DNA of 64,000 nucleotides, from the NCBI GenBank assembly GCA_050008535.1, contig JBEKML010000002.1:148881-212880 (forward strand). The letters are read 5' to 3'. The notes under the pieces are model-generated. The model was not told the DNA's origin. It searched no databases and worked only from the letters and a program-made list of their open reading frames with translations. The stretch comes from Minisyncoccia bacterium. Its GTDB lineage: Bacteria > Patescibacteriota > Minisyncoccia > UBA6257 > 2-01-FULL-56-20. Shown here piece by piece: positions 38,508 to 48,549 of this stretch. The position numbers and the translations under genes are program-made. Within the stretch, counting starts at the first letter, position 1, and the number at the start of each line of letters is the position of its first letter.

Positions 38508-38855
38508 ATGGCAATGTTCGTTTTCACTACCGTCCTTATGGTTTCGCTTTCGGCGGTGCTTTATCTTATGGTCCGCGCGTTGCCGCGGATCGCCGAGGAA
38601 CCGCCCGCGGAGGGGCATGGCTTGCTTGATCGCTGGACGCATTCGCAGATCCCCGAAAAAGTGGATACGGTCCTTAATGGATTTCTCTTCAAGTTTTTGC
38701 GGAAGCTCAAAGTCCTTGTTCTGAAGATCGACAACGGCTTAAGCAGGCGCTTGGAGAAAGTGAAACCTGCCGGAGAGAACGGCAAAAAGCCCCCCATTGA
38801 TTTTAAGGAAATGGCGGGGCAGAATAAGGGGAGTGAAAGCGAAGGCGGACAATAA
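38508..38855 (+). CDS. Small membrane protein, hypothetical
   Basis: N-terminal TM helix. Follows tsf in the same orientation. Confidence 0.4.
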   Translation: MAMFVFTTVLMVSLSAVLYLMVRALPRIAEEPPAEGHGLLDRWTHSQIPEKVDTVLNGFLFKFLRKLKVLVLKIDNGLSRRLEKVKPAGENGKKPPIDFKEMAGQNKGSESEGGQ

Positions 38856-38858
38856 AAA

Positions 38859-38943
38859 GCGCAGGTGGCGGAGCGGCCAATCGCAACAGACTGTAAATCT
38901 GTCGCCCTTTCGGGCTACGCAGGTTCGAATCCTGCCCTGCGCA
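38859..38943 (+). tRNA. tRNA-Tyr (anticodon GTA) with long variable arm
   Basis: Acceptor GCGCAGG/CCTGCGC, anticodon arm ACAGA-CTGTAAA-TCTGT, long variable arm, and T arm GCAGG-TTCGAAT-CCTGC. Confidence 0.85.
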
Positions 38944-39080
38944 CTTAATTTTATAATCACGAAAAAGCCCCGGAATCGTATGGGGGCCTTTCGGTCCCTA
39001 CAATTTCGGGGCAATGTTGCAGATTGCTAAACGCGTGTGGGGTTGCTGGATTGTTGTGGCGCCAGGGCTTCCCTGCGAGG

Positions 39081-39416
39081 CTACTCGTACTCGCCAGGCG
39101 AGCGGCGGCGGTGCGAAGAGTGAGGAAGGCGTGCCATCTCCTCCTCGCTCGGGAAGAACGCGCCAATAAAGCTCCAGAACGGTTTCACCTGCGGCCAGAG
39201 CAGGATATTGGCCACGGTGAAAAGGATGAGTGCGGTGATGGCCAGCACCTGTGTCGCCGGATCCGGTATGGCCTGTGGTGTGCCAGAGAGTACCCGTCCG
39301 GCCTGGAACGGATCCTCGCGGGACCCATCATCCCAGCTCGGCGGGAAAGCGAACATTCCGCAGAATGCCGCAAGGAACAGAAGGGCTGCTAAGCCCCCGC
39401 AAATCTTTCGTGCCAT
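39081..39416 (-). CDS. Small membrane protein, hypothetical
   Basis: Minus-strand promoter TTGACA-16-TATAAT and AGGAG ribosome-binding site. Two TM segments. Confidence 0.5.
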   Translation of the reverse strand: MARKICGGLAALLFLAAFCGMFAFPPSWDDGSREDPFQAGRVLSGTPQAIPDPATQVLAITALILFTVANILLWPQVKPFWSFIGAFFPSEEEMARLPHSSHRRRSPGEYE

Positions 39417-39481
39417 GGCGGAAAGTCTCCTGTGAACAATTATAGCATATCTATAACTCCTGTCAAGTCAAACAACGCCAT

Positions 39482-39519
39482 TTCCGCTTAATTGTCAGGA
39501 TTATTCGAACATCGTCCAG
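39482..39519 (+). promoter_or_regulatory. 38-bp promoter-associated motif, copy 1 (ttgtcaggattattcgaacatcgtccaggcctgtgcac)
   Basis: 33/38 identical to 39961-39998. Contains palindromes TTCGAA, CAGGCCTG and GTGCAC. Lies upstream of the -35 of minus-strand gene 39081-39416. Confidence 0.5.
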
Positions 39520-39606
39520 GCCTGTGCACTTTGTAACAAAATCCGGTTTGATTAATAGGAAAGCGCAGCCCTGGGGGGGCTGCGCGATGCTGTTCTTGAC
39601 GCTGGG

Positions 39607-39909
39607 CTAGTCGTCAAGAAAATTCTGGTAGAGAGCGATCTGCTGCTCGATATCAAGGGCGATGCCGTGCTGAGCGCAGAGCGCCCACAGCCCGTCGAGG
39701 AGGGAAACGTTGTCCTGGGCCGCTTTCTGCACCTTCGCGATCCGCTCCAGCGCGCCGCGGCGCCGCTGGGCTTGGGCGAGAACCCACTCCGTGACGACGT
39801 GATTCATCTTGAGCCCGTCGATAACGGAGAAGCCGCGACTTTCAAGCTCTGCCTTTGCTTTGATCGCGCTGATTATACGATCCTCAACATTCTTAATCGT
39901 GTGCCGCAT
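39607..39909 (-). CDS. Hypothetical protein (possible ribbon-helix-helix N-terminus)
   Basis: GGAGGA ribosome-binding site. HTIKNVEDRIISAIKAKAELESRG resembles an RHH strand-helix. Both promoter sides carry the 38-bp motif. Confidence 0.4.
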   Translation of the reverse strand: MRHTIKNVEDRIISAIKAKAELESRGFSVIDGLKMNHVVTEWVLAQAQRRRGALERIAKVQKAAQDNVSLLDGLWALCAQHGIALDIEQQIALYQNFLDD

Positions 39910-39960
39910 CTGATCCTCCAGACGTGATTTCTAAAGAAAGGCTAGCGCAGCGTTCTCTCA

Positions 39961-39998
39961 TTGTCAAAATCGTTCGAACATTGTCCAGGCCTGTGCAC
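39961..39998 (+). promoter_or_regulatory. 38-bp promoter-associated motif, copy 2
   Basis: Sits in the divergent promoter region between 39607-39909 (-) and the NUDIX gene 40028-40459 (+). Read on the minus strand, its ttgtca supplies the TTGACA -35. Confidence 0.5.
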
Positions 39999-40027
39999 AC
40001 TACCGAGTTAAGTTACAATTAAGAGCG

Positions 40028-40459
40028 ATGATCAAACCCTTGCCGAGAAAGGTGTTTCTCGCAACGTTCAAACATGTTCCGCGCCTTGCGGTCAGTTTGG
40101 TCATTGAAAACAAGAGAGGCCACGTATTGCTGACCCGGCGGGCGATTTCTCCCGAGAAAGGACGGTGGCATATGCCCGGGAGCTTCATTTTGAAAGGCGA
40201 ACCGATTGCGGCATGCATTAAAAGGATCGCGAAACGTGAGCTCGGAATCAAAATTGATCCAAAGAAAGCCCGATTGCGGGGAGCCTTTGATGATCTCGGT
40301 GGAGATCCGCGCGGTCACGTTGTCGATCTTGTTTATGGGATCAAAACGAATATTCCAATCAAAGAAACAGACGAAACGAAAGAGGCAAAGTTTTTCAGCG
40401 TTCTCCCTCGCAACATCGGATTTAATCACAAAGAAACGCTTCGCAAATTAGGGCATTAG
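40028..40459 (+). CDS. NUDIX hydrolase
   Basis: Nudix box GEPIAACIKRIAKRELGI. Confidence 0.65.
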   Translation: MIKPLPRKVFLATFKHVPRLAVSLVIENKRGHVLLTRRAISPEKGRWHMPGSFILKGEPIAACIKRIAKRELGIKIDPKKARLRGAFDDLGGDPRGHVVDLVYGIKTNIPIKETDETKEAKFFSVLPRNIGFNHKETLRKLGH

Positions 40460-40460
40460 C

Positions 40461-41078
40461 ATGAAGCGGAAGATATTTTTGGGTACTCGGAACGAAGGCA
40501 AGATCGAGCGATTTAAAAACCTCATCGCGAGCACCGGTTTGGATGTTGAAATTCATACCCCGAAAGATTTTGACCTTCAAAATATTGAAACTGAAGAAAA
40601 GGGGAAAACGCTTGCCGAAAATGCGGAGATAAAAGCGCGGGCGTATTTCGGGAAAGTGGACATGCCCATTCTTGCCAATGACACCGGCTTCTGGGTCCAA
40701 GGAGAGGGGTTGGTGGATGCGCCAAAAAGGAAGGCCCTGGGTGAGACCGACGAGAAGAATTTAACAAAGGAAGAGATTGCGAAGACCCTCTTGGAATTTT
40801 GGAAGGGCATCGCGAGAAAACACGGAGGAAGCGTTGATGCCGCGTGGGTTGAGGCGTTCGTACTTCTTGATCCTGACGGGCGGATGCACGTCGCCGAATC
40901 AAGAAGAGAGGTTGTTTTGAAAGATAAAGAATTCGGAACGGCCCATATCCAAATGCCCGTGCGGGCCCTATATATTTCCAAAGCGACCAATAAGCCGGCG
41001 ATACAGCACACGAAGGAAGAAGAGCTTTTTGAGTTGAAGCCGATCGTTGATGCGTTATTGAAGGTTTTGTTATACTGA
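40461..41078 (+). CDS. Putative Ham1/RdgB-like non-canonical NTP pyrophosphatase
   Basis: IFLGTRNEGKIERF resembles the ITPase T-x-N-x-G-K motif. Weak assignment. Confidence 0.35.
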   Translation: MKRKIFLGTRNEGKIERFKNLIASTGLDVEIHTPKDFDLQNIETEEKGKTLAENAEIKARAYFGKVDMPILANDTGFWVQGEGLVDAPKRKALGETDEKNLTKEEIAKTLLEFWKGIARKHGGSVDAAWVEAFVLLDPDGRMHVAESRREVVLKDKEFGTAHIQMPVRALYISKATNKPAIQHTKEEELFELKPIVDALLKVLLY

Positions 41079-41083
41079 TTAAC

Positions 41084-41533
41084 ATGACAGAAGAAAAAAA
41101 ACGGGTAGGCGCGGGATTCGGGGTGATCTTGGAGCGGGACGGGAAGATTTTGCTTGGAATGCGGCACCCCGATCCCGACAAGGCGGACTCGGCTTTCCGG
41201 AGTGCCGGCGAGTGGTCCTTGCCGGGAGGGAAGCTTGAATGGGGCGAAACGATCGAAGACGGTGCGATCCGCGAAACAAAAGAAGAGACAGGCATTACGA
41301 TCAAGAATCCGCAGGTGATCTCCGTGCACAACTGCAAGAACGAGCACGCGCATTTTATGACCGTGGGACTCCTCACGCACGAGTGGACGGGCGAGGCGAG
41401 CGTGATGGAACCGGATGAGATCATAAAATGGGAATGGTTCGATCTGAAGGACCTGCCGTACCCGCGCTATTTTCCCAGTTTTGAAGTGATTGAGAACTAT
41501 ATGAAAGGCAAGTTCTATATAAAGCGGCCGTAG
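41084..41533 (+). CDS. NUDIX hydrolase
   Basis: Canonical Nudix box GGKLEWGETIEDGAIRETKEETGI. Confidence 0.8.
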   Translation: MTEEKKRVGAGFGVILERDGKILLGMRHPDPDKADSAFRSAGEWSLPGGKLEWGETIEDGAIRETKEETGITIKNPQVISVHNCKNEHAHFMTVGLLTHEWTGEASVMEPDEIIKWEWFDLKDLPYPRYFPSFEVIENYMKGKFYIKRP

Positions 41534-41540
41534 TAACGGT

Positions 41541-42071
41541 ATGCAGGAATATGTGACCGATGCGATCGTGCTGGAGAAAGAGCCGCTCCGGGATTTTGAC
41601 GCCCGCTATTTTTTCTTTACGAAGCGGTTCGGGAAAATGGCAGGAAAGGCGACGAGCGCGCGGAAGATCACGTCAAAGCTTGCGGGACATCTGGAGCCGG
41701 GGAGCGTGGCTAAGGTGCGTTTTGTGCATAGGAGCGGCGGGAACGGCAACGGGAATGGGGCGCCGCAGATCGCGGATGCGTTGAAATACGACAAGCTTGC
41801 GGCGTCCTCCGTCAGCCTTCACTTTTTAAATACGCTGCTCCCGGGAGGGGAAGTGGACGCCGCGCTTTGGAATGAGCTTATGGGCAAGGAGTTTTCCTGG
41901 CTGCGCATTTTGCGGATTCTTGGATGGGATCCGGAAGAAGCGGGTTGCGAGGGATGCGGCAAGAACGAAGTGGCTGCTTTTTACATCCCGAAGCAGGAAT
42001 TTTTTTGTGCTTCCTGTGCTTTAAAATTGGATCGGAATGAGTTACTATTATTAGGAAATGCCGAAGTATAA
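41541..42071 (+). CDS. recO: DNA repair protein RecO (short)
   Basis: N-terminal OB-fold pattern DAIVLEKEPLRDFD...FTKRFGK and C-terminal zinc CEGCG...CASC. Confidence 0.6.
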   Translation: MQEYVTDAIVLEKEPLRDFDARYFFFTKRFGKMAGKATSARKITSKLAGHLEPGSVAKVRFVHRSGGNGNGNGAPQIADALKYDKLAASSVSLHFLNTLLPGGEVDAALWNELMGKEFSWLRILRILGWDPEEAGCEGCGKNEVAAFYIPKQEFFCASCALKLDRNELLLLGNAEV

Positions 42072-43947
42072 TCCGAACTCCATCTGGGGGAGTAAGAAAA
42101 AACCAATTAATTATCAACCGCCGAGCAAGCAAACGCCGCCGGCGCAACGGGCGCCGTCGCCCGCAGAACTCGCACGGGACGCCGCAGATATGGAGCCGCC
42201 CAAAAGTCATGCGCCCCTCTGGTTTTTTATCGTTTTTTTTGTGGTGCTCGCGGGCGGCGGGGCGCTCTACTTTTTTTTCTTGAGGCCGGCTGCCGGCCCG
42301 AGCGTAAGCATTGAGTTCGTAAAGCCCGACAATATCCTTGTGGGCGATCCTTTTCCCTTGAGCATTGCCCTTACCAATTATTCGTCCAACATCTTGAAGG
42401 GTGCCACGCTTTCTATCATGCTTCCCGACAATATTTCCTTTGTGGGGCAATCTCTGGGCCAGCGGGTGATGGAGCAGGTGATCGGCGACCTCGGGCCAGG
42501 CAGTATCTATAAATTCAACGGAGACAGTTCGCCCAACCTTATCGTGACCGGTGATCCGAAAAGCGTTAAGCATATCAATGCGAAGCTTACCTACAGCACG
42601 GATGCGGCATCAAAGACACACTTTGAGACCGACGGCGGGGTGGACCTCATGGTGGGCATTCCGGCGATCACCCTGACCATCAATCCTCCCTCCAATATTT
42701 TCAGCGGTCAGAATTTTGACGTGGTAGTGACGTATACCAATGGCACGGCGCATAGCTTCCCGAACGTCGAGCTTACCGTGCAGTATCCGCCGGCGTTCTC
42801 GTTTGCGAGAAGCAGTATGCCGCCGGACAATACGGGGAAAAATTCATGGAACTTGGGGACCATCCCCGCGGCGGGGAGCGGGAGCTTTACGATTACCGGA
42901 AACGTGGTGGGGCCGGACAAGGCGATCTACGTATTCGACGGGAGCCTTGTTGGTGCCGTGAAGGGGAATACCTACACGCTTACCGAGGGGACGGGGAGCC
43001 TTGCGATCGGCACCTCGCCGCTTGCGCTTGCGATCACACTGAACAACGCTTCCGATTATGTTGCGGATTTGAGCGACACCCTCAATTACGTGCTGACCTA
43101 TACCAACAATTCAAATACGACCTTCCAGAATATTTCCCTCAAAGCGGCGCTTATCGGCGATATGTTCAATTTTTCGACGCTGCAGACGCAGGGTTCCTTT
43201 AATTCCCTCACGAACACGGTTACCTGGAATGCGGCGAACGTGCTTCAGCTTCTGAATCTTGCCCCAGGGCAGTCCGGCTCTGTGAACCTTCAAGTGAGGA
43301 CGAAGTCGGCGTATCCGATACGCTCTTTGGGCGATAAAAATTTTACGCTTAAAATGAACGCGCAAATTTCGTCGCCGACGGTGCCGCCCGGGACGCAGGC
43401 AAGCTCCACGATTTCGGCGGTAAGCGCGGAGAATAAAGTGGGCGGAAAGATATCTCTTTCGGTGCCGGCTTATTGGCGCGATGCGGCTTCCGGCGTTTTG
43501 AATTCCGGTCCGTATCCTCCGAAGGTGAACCAGACGACGCAATATACGATCCACTGGGCGATCACAAACTATTCCACGGACGTAGAGAACGTGACCGTGT
43601 CGGCATCCCTCCAATCAGGAACGACGTGCACCGGCATCGTAAAGAGCAATGTTTCGGCGGTGCCCGCCTGTAACGCGGCGACCGGCTTGGTTACGTGGAC
43701 CATTCCTACCAACATTCCCGCAACGACGGGCATCACGGGGCCTCCTGCCGAAGCGGTCTTCCAGGTGCAAAATACGCCCGCAATAAACCAAACGGGCAAT
43801 GCCGTGACGCTTTTGGGGCCGACCACGCTCCAGGCGACCGATGTTTTTACCGGCGCCGCATATAAGATATCCGCGGACGCAATAACAACCGATTTACCCA
43901 ATGACAAAACAATTTCCAACAGCCAGAACCGGCGCGTGACACAATGA
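42058..43947 (+). CDS. Membrane-anchored surface protein with DUF11-type conserved repeats
   Basis: N-terminal TM helix. Repeats of the form LT...TYTN...N...LPxG. Confidence 0.5.
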   Translation: MPKYNPNSIWGSKKKPINYQPPSKQTPPAQRAPSPAELARDAADMEPPKSHAPLWFFIVFFVVLAGGGALYFFFLRPAAGPSVSIEFVKPDNILVGDPFPLSIALTNYSSNILKGATLSIMLPDNISFVGQSLGQRVMEQVIGDLGPGSIYKFNGDSSPNLIVTGDPKSVKHINAKLTYSTDAASKTHFETDGGVDLMVGIPAITLTINPPSNIFSGQNFDVVVTYTNGTAHSFPNVELTVQYPPAFSFARSSMPPDNTGKNSWNLGTIPAAGSGSFTITGNVVGPDKAIYVFDGSLVGAVKGNTYTLTEGTGSLAIGTSPLALAITLNNASDYVADLSDTLNYVLTYTNNSNTTFQNISLKAALIGDMFNFSTLQTQGSFNSLTNTVTWNAANVLQLLNLAPGQSGSVNLQVRTKSAYPIRSLGDKNFTLKMNAQISSPTVPPGTQASSTISAVSAENKVGGKISLSVPAYWRDAASGVLNSGPYPPKVNQTTQYTIHWAITNYSTDVENVTVSASLQSGTTCTGIVKSNVSAVPACNAATGLVTWTIPTNIPATTGITGPPAEAVFQVQNTPAINQTGNAVTLLGPTTLQATDVFTGAAYKISADAITTDLPNDKTISNSQNRRVTQ

Positions 43948-43951
43948 TCTT

Positions 43952-45286
43952 TTGAGCACCATGGCACAAAAACAGGAAAACCTTATGGAAAAGATCGTCT
44001 CGCTCTGCAAGCGTCGCGGGTTCGTGTTCCCCGGATCGGAGATCTACGGGGGACTTGCGAATTCCTGGGATTACGGCCCGCTCGGTGTTGAGCTGAAGAA
44101 TAATATCCAGCAACTTTGGTGGGATCGGTTTGTGCACCGGCGCGACGACATGGTGGGCATTGACGCGGCACTTATCATGAACCCGAAAGTGTGGGAGGTG
44201 AGCGGGCACCTTAAGAATTTCACGGATCCGCTTGTTGAATGCAAAGAATGCCACGAGAGATTTCGTGCGGACCAGATTGATCTTGCAAAACCATGCGAGG
44301 CATGCGGCGCGAAGGCCAATTTCACCCAGGCGCGCCAGTTCAACATGATGTTCAAGACCTTTATCGGTCCCGCAGAAGAACAGGCGAACATCGCCTATCT
44401 CCGTCCGGAGATCGCGCAGGCGATGTTCGTTGATTTCAAGAATGTTTTGCAAACTACCCGCAAAACCCTGCCGTTCGGCATTGCGGCGCAGGGCAAAGCG
44501 TTTCGCAACGAGATCACGCCAGGGAATTTTATATTCCGGACTCGCGAATTCAACCTTATGGAGTTCGAATATTTCTGTCGGCCGGAAGAGTGGAAAAAAC
44601 ATTTTGAATATTGGCAGGGCGAAATGCGGGCGTGGCTTGAATCGCTCGGCGTGGACTTGAAGCATATTCATGAAGTGGAAATATCCGCCGAGGAGCGAGC
44701 GCACTACTCAAGCCGGACGGTGGATTTTGAATACGATTATCCTTTTGGGCAGAAAGAGCTCTACGGTCTGGCGTACCGCGGGGATTTTGACCTGAAGAAT
44801 CACATGGAAAAGACCAGTGAAGATATTCGTTACGCTGATCCCGTGACTGGGGATAAATTCATTCCGCACGTGATCGAACCGACCTTTGGATTGGACCGGT
44901 CAGTGCTCGTGGCATTGCTTGAAGCATATAAAGAGGACGGCGACCGCGTGCTTTTGAAGCTCCCGCCGCGCATCGCACCCTACAAAGCAGCGGTCTTCCC
45001 GCTCCTTGCGAACAAGCCGCAGCTTGTAGAGCTTGCGCAAAAGATATGCGACGACCTTCGCAAGAAATTTATGGTCGCATGGGATGACCGCGGAAACATC
45101 GGCAAGCGTTACTACGCGCAGGACGAGATCGGGACGCCGTACTGCATCACGGTTGACTTTGACACGCTGGGGGACGGCGAGGATAAGAAGCTCAAAGATA
45201 CCGTAACGGTGCGCGACCGCGATACCGGGAAGCAGGAACGGATTGCGATCAAAAAACTCGCCGAATACATCGCGGAAAAGTTTTGA
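43952..45286 (+). CDS. glyQS: Glycine--tRNA ligase (dimeric alpha2 type)
   Basis: RRGFVFPGSEIYGGLANSWDYGPLGVELKNN and class II motifs. Confidence 0.85.
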   Translation: MSTMAQKQENLMEKIVSLCKRRGFVFPGSEIYGGLANSWDYGPLGVELKNNIQQLWWDRFVHRRDDMVGIDAALIMNPKVWEVSGHLKNFTDPLVECKECHERFRADQIDLAKPCEACGAKANFTQARQFNMMFKTFIGPAEEQANIAYLRPEIAQAMFVDFKNVLQTTRKTLPFGIAAQGKAFRNEITPGNFIFRTREFNLMEFEYFCRPEEWKKHFEYWQGEMRAWLESLGVDLKHIHEVEISAEERAHYSSRTVDFEYDYPFGQKELYGLAYRGDFDLKNHMEKTSEDIRYADPVTGDKFIPHVIEPTFGLDRSVLVALLEAYKEDGDRVLLKLPPRIAPYKAAVFPLLANKPQLVELAQKICDDLRKKFMVAWDDRGNIGKRYYAQDEIGTPYCITVDFDTLGDGEDKKLKDTVTVRDRDTGKQERIAIKKLAEYIAEKF

Positions 45287-45305
45287 TCTCCGCGCAAAAA
45301 TCTCC

Positions 45306-46604
45306 ATGGCCGAAAAATTCGTGATCAAAGGAGGCAAGCCGCTTTTTGGCGAGGCGAGGCTCGCCGGCGCAAAGAACGCAGTATCAAAAATGATGGTTGC
45401 GTCGCTTTTGACCGATGAGCCGTGCATTCTGGAGAATGTGCCGGCGATAGGAGATGTCGCGATCGTCGCGGAACTTTTGAAGACCATCGGGGGCGAGGTG
45501 GAGATCGTTGGCACGACGGCGAAATTGCAGACGCCCGCGATCAAAAATTGCCGCGTGCTCACGCTTACGCGTCGGAACAGGATCCCCATCCTTGCGATCG
45601 GCCCGCTCCTCGCGCGCGCGGGCGAGGCGGAAGTGCCGGTTCTGGGTGGCGACAAGATCGGCGCGCGGCCGGTGGACATTCATCTTGAAGCGCTTTCAAA
45701 ATTGGGCGTTCAGTTGCAGATCACGAAAGAAAGCTATCACGCCTGGGCGAAGCACGGCTTGCACGGCGCGGAAATTGAATTGAGATTTCCGAGCATCGGC
45801 GCCACCGAGAACGCGATCCTCACTGCCGTACTTGCGGAAGGGAAAACGGTCATCAAAAACGCCGCGCTTGAGCCGGAACTTATGGACCTTGTGAAAATGC
45901 TCCAAAAAATGGGCGCGATCATAGAGCTTGCGCCGCCGCGGACGATCACGGTGGAGGGAGTGAAGAAATTACACGGCACCACGCATCGTATCCTGCCGGA
46001 CCGGAACGAGGCGATCTCATTCGCTTGCCTCGCGATCGCAACGAACGGAAGGATCCTTGCAAAGGAGGCGCGACAGGACGACCTCATCACCTTCCTGAAT
46101 GTTGTGCGGCGGCTCGGTGCGGAATACGAAGTGACAAATGACGGCATCGCATTCTGGCGCCCCAATTCGCTCAGGGCGATCTCGGTAGAGACCGCATCTC
46201 ACCCCGGGTTCATGACCGATTGGCAGCAACCGCTCTGTGTGCTCCTTACCCAGGCAGACGGAATATCGAATATTCACGAAACGATCTACGAAGAACGCTT
46301 TGGGTACACCAACGATTTGAACGAAATGGGAGCGAAAATCCGCGTTTCAACCGACTGCCCAAAAGGGAAAGAATGCCGCTTTGCCGGCAAGGGATTTAGC
46401 CACTATGCGACGATTGAGGGGCCGACGCCGCTCCGCAGTATGAAATGTACGGTGCGCGACCTGCGTTCCGGCATGGTGGACATCCTGGCTGCGCTTGTCG
46501 CTGACGGCGTTTCCGAGGTGGAAGGCGTGGAGGAAATCGACCGCGGGTACGAATACATAGACGGCCGTCTGCGCCAGCTCGGGGCGGACATCAAACGAGT
46601 GTAA
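45306..46604 (+). CDS. murA: UDP-N-acetylglucosamine 1-carboxyvinyltransferase
   Basis: KFVIKGGKPLFGEARLAGAKNAVSKMMVASLLTDEPCILENVPAIGDV. The ORF-track start at 45243 is an extension; the first Met in a good context is at 45306. Confidence 0.85.
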   Translation: MAEKFVIKGGKPLFGEARLAGAKNAVSKMMVASLLTDEPCILENVPAIGDVAIVAELLKTIGGEVEIVGTTAKLQTPAIKNCRVLTLTRRNRIPILAIGPLLARAGEAEVPVLGGDKIGARPVDIHLEALSKLGVQLQITKESYHAWAKHGLHGAEIELRFPSIGATENAILTAVLAEGKTVIKNAALEPELMDLVKMLQKMGAIIELAPPRTITVEGVKKLHGTTHRILPDRNEAISFACLAIATNGRILAKEARQDDLITFLNVVRRLGAEYEVTNDGIAFWRPNSLRAISVETASHPGFMTDWQQPLCVLLTQADGISNIHETIYEERFGYTNDLNEMGAKIRVSTDCPKGKECRFAGKGFSHYATIEGPTPLRSMKCTVRDLRSGMVDILAALVADGVSEVEGVEEIDRGYEYIDGRLRQLGADIKRV

Positions 46605-46652
46605 GAAGCCAGATTATTTGTCTTTTCGTCTTTTTTCGCCTAAAATACAGCT

Positions 46653-47660
46653 ATGTTTGGCAAGAAGATCGGCATTGATTTGGGCACCGCAAATACGGTG
46701 GTTTTCGTGCCGGGAAAGGGTTTTATCATCAACGAGCCGACGATCGTAGCGCTCACGAGGCCGGACAACACCGTGCTTGCCGTAGGACTCGAGGCGAAGG
46801 AAATGATCGGCCGCACGCCGGACGAGATCGTTGCCTACCGGCCGCTCAAGGACGGCGTGATCGCCGATTATTACATCACGAAGGCGATGCTCACCTATTT
46901 TATTTCCAAAGCGACGGGATGGCTGAACCTGGTGAAGCCCGATGTCGTGATCTCCGTACCGGCGGGCATTACGCAGACCGAGCGCCGCGCGGTGATGAAC
47001 GCCGCACGCGAGGCGGGAGCGGGGAGTGCGTTCATTGTGCGCGAACCGATCTTGGCGGCCTTGGGCGCGGGGATTCCCATCAACGCCCGTTCGGGGAACA
47101 TGATCATCAACATTGGCGGCGGGACGTCGGAACAGGCGGTGATCGCCCTCGGGAACATTGTTTCGTGGAACAGCTTGCGCATTGCAGGCAATAAGTTCGA
47201 CCAGGCGATCATGGATTACGTGAAAAAGAAATACGGGCTTGCAATCGGCGAGCAGACGGCGGAAAACGTGAAGATCGAGATCGGCTCGGCGATACCGACG
47301 AAGGAAAAAATGGAATATCAGATCCGCGGGCGTGATCTCACGACCGGCCTGCCAAAGGACATCACGATCAATTCGAACGAGATCGCGGAGGCCCTGAACC
47401 CGTACCTTGTCGAGATCGCAAGCGCCATTCAGAGCGTCTTCAACGTAACGCCGCCGGAGCTCGTGGCGGATATCATGGAAAAGGGGATCATCCTTTCGGG
47501 TGGCAGCGTGCAGCTCCATCATATGCCGGAATTTTTTGAACGATTTCTCGGCGTGCAGGCCTATGTGGCGGAAGATCCGTTGTTCTGCGTGGCCAAGGGT
47601 ACCGGCCTCATTTTGAGCCACTTGGATACCTATAAGCGGACGCTTTTGAACAAGCGGTAA
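46653..47660 (+). CDS. mreB: Rod shape-determining protein MreB
   Basis: IGIDLGTANTVVF and actin-fold motifs. Confidence 0.85.
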   Translation: MFGKKIGIDLGTANTVVFVPGKGFIINEPTIVALTRPDNTVLAVGLEAKEMIGRTPDEIVAYRPLKDGVIADYYITKAMLTYFISKATGWLNLVKPDVVISVPAGITQTERRAVMNAAREAGAGSAFIVREPILAALGAGIPINARSGNMIINIGGGTSEQAVIALGNIVSWNSLRIAGNKFDQAIMDYVKKKYGLAIGEQTAENVKIEIGSAIPTKEKMEYQIRGRDLTTGLPKDITINSNEIAEALNPYLVEIASAIQSVFNVTPPELVADIMEKGIILSGGSVQLHHMPEFFERFLGVQAYVAEDPLFCVAKGTGLILSHLDTYKRTLLNKR

Positions 47661-47671
47661 TTCTTTCCACT

Positions 47672-48535
47672 TTGGTGATCGGCCACAAAAAGATTATTGA
47701 GGATTTTAAGAAGCTCGCCGCCCGGAACGAGCTTTCCCACGGCTATATTTTTTACGGGCCGGCGATGGTGGGGAAGCGGACGACAGCGCTCGCCTTCGCA
47801 CGGTTTTTGGAAAAAGGCGAGTTTGAGCCGCCGGCAGAAGGCGAGGTGCTCCAGGACGCGAAGCTTATTGACCTTGCGTTTGCGAAGCAATTGGATCCCA
47901 ACCTGAAGGACTCTATTAGTATTGACGCTGTGCGCGAGATCAAGAATTTTCTCTGGCAAAAACCGAACGTGAGCGTGCGGAGGACGCTCATACTTGATGA
48001 CGCCGAACTTTTAACGACCGAGGCGCAGAACGCGCTTTTGAAAGTTACCGAGGAGCCGCCCGCTTCGTCACTCCTTCTTGTCATTGCTTCCGACCTTGAA
48101 AGCGTGATGGGCACGATCCGGTCGCGCCTGCAGGGTATTTATTTCGGTCCGGTCGCGGAGGCGGAGATCGCGCGGTGGCTTTCAGAGGAGAAGGGGATGA
48201 CGGCAGCAAAAGTGGCGCCCTTTGCCAAACAGGCACTGGGAAAGCCCGGGCTTGCCTCGCGATTGCTGCACGATAAGAACTTTACAAAGACGCTTGAGCT
48301 CGCGGCGAAGTTTTTGAAGACCGCGCCCGCCGCGCGCCGCGATTTCATCAAAAAATTGATCGAACCGGACGAGTTCGTCTTACGAAATTTTCTTAATGCT
48401 GTTATAATGACCCTTGCGTGGGAGAAGCCGTCAAAAGCTAAGGCGGCGCTCTGGCACAAGGTGCTCGCGCTGCAGCAAAACGCCACGAATTTCGGCCTGA
48501 ATCCGCGTCTGCAGCTGGAAGGTTTACTTATGTAA
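47672..48535 (+). CDS. holB: DNA polymerase III subunit delta prime
   Basis: HGYIFYGPAMVGKRT and TIRSRLQ (SRC-like) motifs. Confidence 0.7.
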   Translation: MVIGHKKIIEDFKKLAARNELSHGYIFYGPAMVGKRTTALAFARFLEKGEFEPPAEGEVLQDAKLIDLAFAKQLDPNLKDSISIDAVREIKNFLWQKPNVSVRRTLILDDAELLTTEAQNALLKVTEEPPASSLLLVIASDLESVMGTIRSRLQGIYFGPVAEAEIARWLSEEKGMTAAKVAPFAKQALGKPGLASRLLHDKNFTKTLELAAKFLKTAPAARRDFIKKLIEPDEFVLRNFLNAVIMTLAWEKPSKAKAALWHKVLALQQNATNFGLNPRLQLEGLLM

Positions 48536-48549
48536 AAAAGTAAAATTCA

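Noticed and set aside
39024-39392. 122-aa plus-strand ORF opposite 39081-39416
   Set aside because: The minus-strand ORF has a consensus TTGACA/TATAAT promoter, an AGGAG ribosome-binding site and TM segments. The plus frame is Arg-rich.
40522-41424. Minus-strand ORFs of 300 aa and 267 aa across the Ham1-like and NUDIX genes
   Set aside because: Antisense, with Ser/Pro/Arg-rich low-complexity composition.
46614-47621. 335-aa minus-strand ORF opposite mreB
   Set aside because: Antisense artefact.
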